A stretch of 64,000 nt of DNA. It comes from Bilabrum cf. latius (lineage: Eukaryota). Where the stretch lies: positions 1,116,001 to 1,180,000 of the forward strand of contig OZ237743.1 of assembly GCA_965178125.1 (NCBI GenBank), given 5' to 3'. Below are positions 63,554-64,000 of this stretch, piece after piece. Below the pieces are notes generated by a model. The model did no database searches. It was not told the origin of the DNA and saw only the letters and a program-made list of their open reading frames with translations. The position numbers and the translations under genes were made by a program. How positions within the stretch are numbered: the first letter of the stretch is position 1; each line of letters begins with the position of its first letter.

Positions 63554-64000
63554 TCAAAGCATTAAACCGCCTTTTTTTCCTTTCCTTGATATAATTTCTT
63601 CTTTTTCATTTACGACCATTAAATCATTCTATCCGTGGATAATTAATTTCTATCCTTCTTCATTAATCTATTCTTTTTTATATTCACCTAATTCTTTACC
63701 TACTTTAAAATTTAATCTTTTGTTAAATGTGATACTGTCGGTGTGAATTCGTATAATATGTTTAGCGTTGTTCTTATTCACTTTCTTCATCAATCGTTGT
63801 CTTCCATATGCCAGAATAAAAGGTTTCAATTTTCCCCAGCTATATTTAAAGGGTACTTTATGTTTCAAATGATAAATAAATTCTCCGTCATTATCCATTT
63901 CTACACGGTCAATATCAAATTTATCTATATTTATTTTTTTATCGTCTTTTGATGTAATTGTCTTTTTAGAGGAACTACATAATTTACCCCATAATGAATT
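63554..64000 (-). CDS. C-terminal part of a family-B (probably protein-primed-type) DNA polymerase; 5' part outside the window; 3 TAG codons
   Basis: NSLWGKL (motif B, NSxYG-like), KPFILAYGR, IRIHTDS (motif C variant), GKELGEYKKE; ends TGA. Confidence 0.8.

Larger units (their letters stand above)
55570..64000. mobile_element. Integrated Polinton-like virus / virophage-type endogenous element (left part; continues beyond the window)
   Basis: Abrupt drop in GC, strongest after 57.7 kb. Tightly packed genes for primase-helicase, family-B polymerase, Tlr6F-like, zinc-finger and fibre-like proteins. Left boundary approximate. Capsid, packaging ATPase and integrase are not within the window. Confidence 0.85.

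Noticed and set aside
55570-64000. Calling the element a specific virus (mavirus/EMALE, Maverick, Tlr1) or bacterial/organelle contamination
   Set aside because: Capsid, ATPase and integrase genes are not in the window, so the class cannot be fixed. The shared TAG code and viral gene set argue against contamination.

Overview
Eukaryotic nuclear DNA from a GC-rich, gene-dense protist: short GT-AG introns of about 90-260 nt, head-to-head gene pairs and long Ala/Gly low-complexity proteins. The overall style resembles bicosoecid-type stramenopiles, but that is only an inference. Main result: this genome reads TAG as a sense codon, almost certainly Gln, while TAA and TGA remain stops (equivalent to NCBI table 15). 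The supplied ORF track is therefore shattered. Reading TAG as Q joins the fragments into complete genes, and every gene I could model ends in TGA or TAA. Host genes (1 to ~55.57 kb): TFIIA-gamma-like, DPM1, Snf7/ESCRT-III, PIMT, an inverted pair of Cys-rich membrane-protein paralogs flanking an Mpv17/PMP22 gene, an EamA/SLC35F-type transporter, a tandem-HTH protein, three secreted carbohydrate-active enzymes (GH94-like, six-hairpin GH, GH28), two giant low-complexity proteins, and a ~2770-aa NYN nuclease-DEAH helicase-RBR ligase fusion. From ~55.57 kb to the window end lies an AT-rich integrated Polinton-like-virus/virophage-type element. It encodes a primase-SF2 helicase, a family-B polymerase C-terminus, a Tlr6F-like fusion, a zinc finger and a fibre-like protein. 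The element uses the same recoded TAG, and in its replicase TAG is the majority Gln codon. All models and counts were made by hand from the sequence; no database searches were run.
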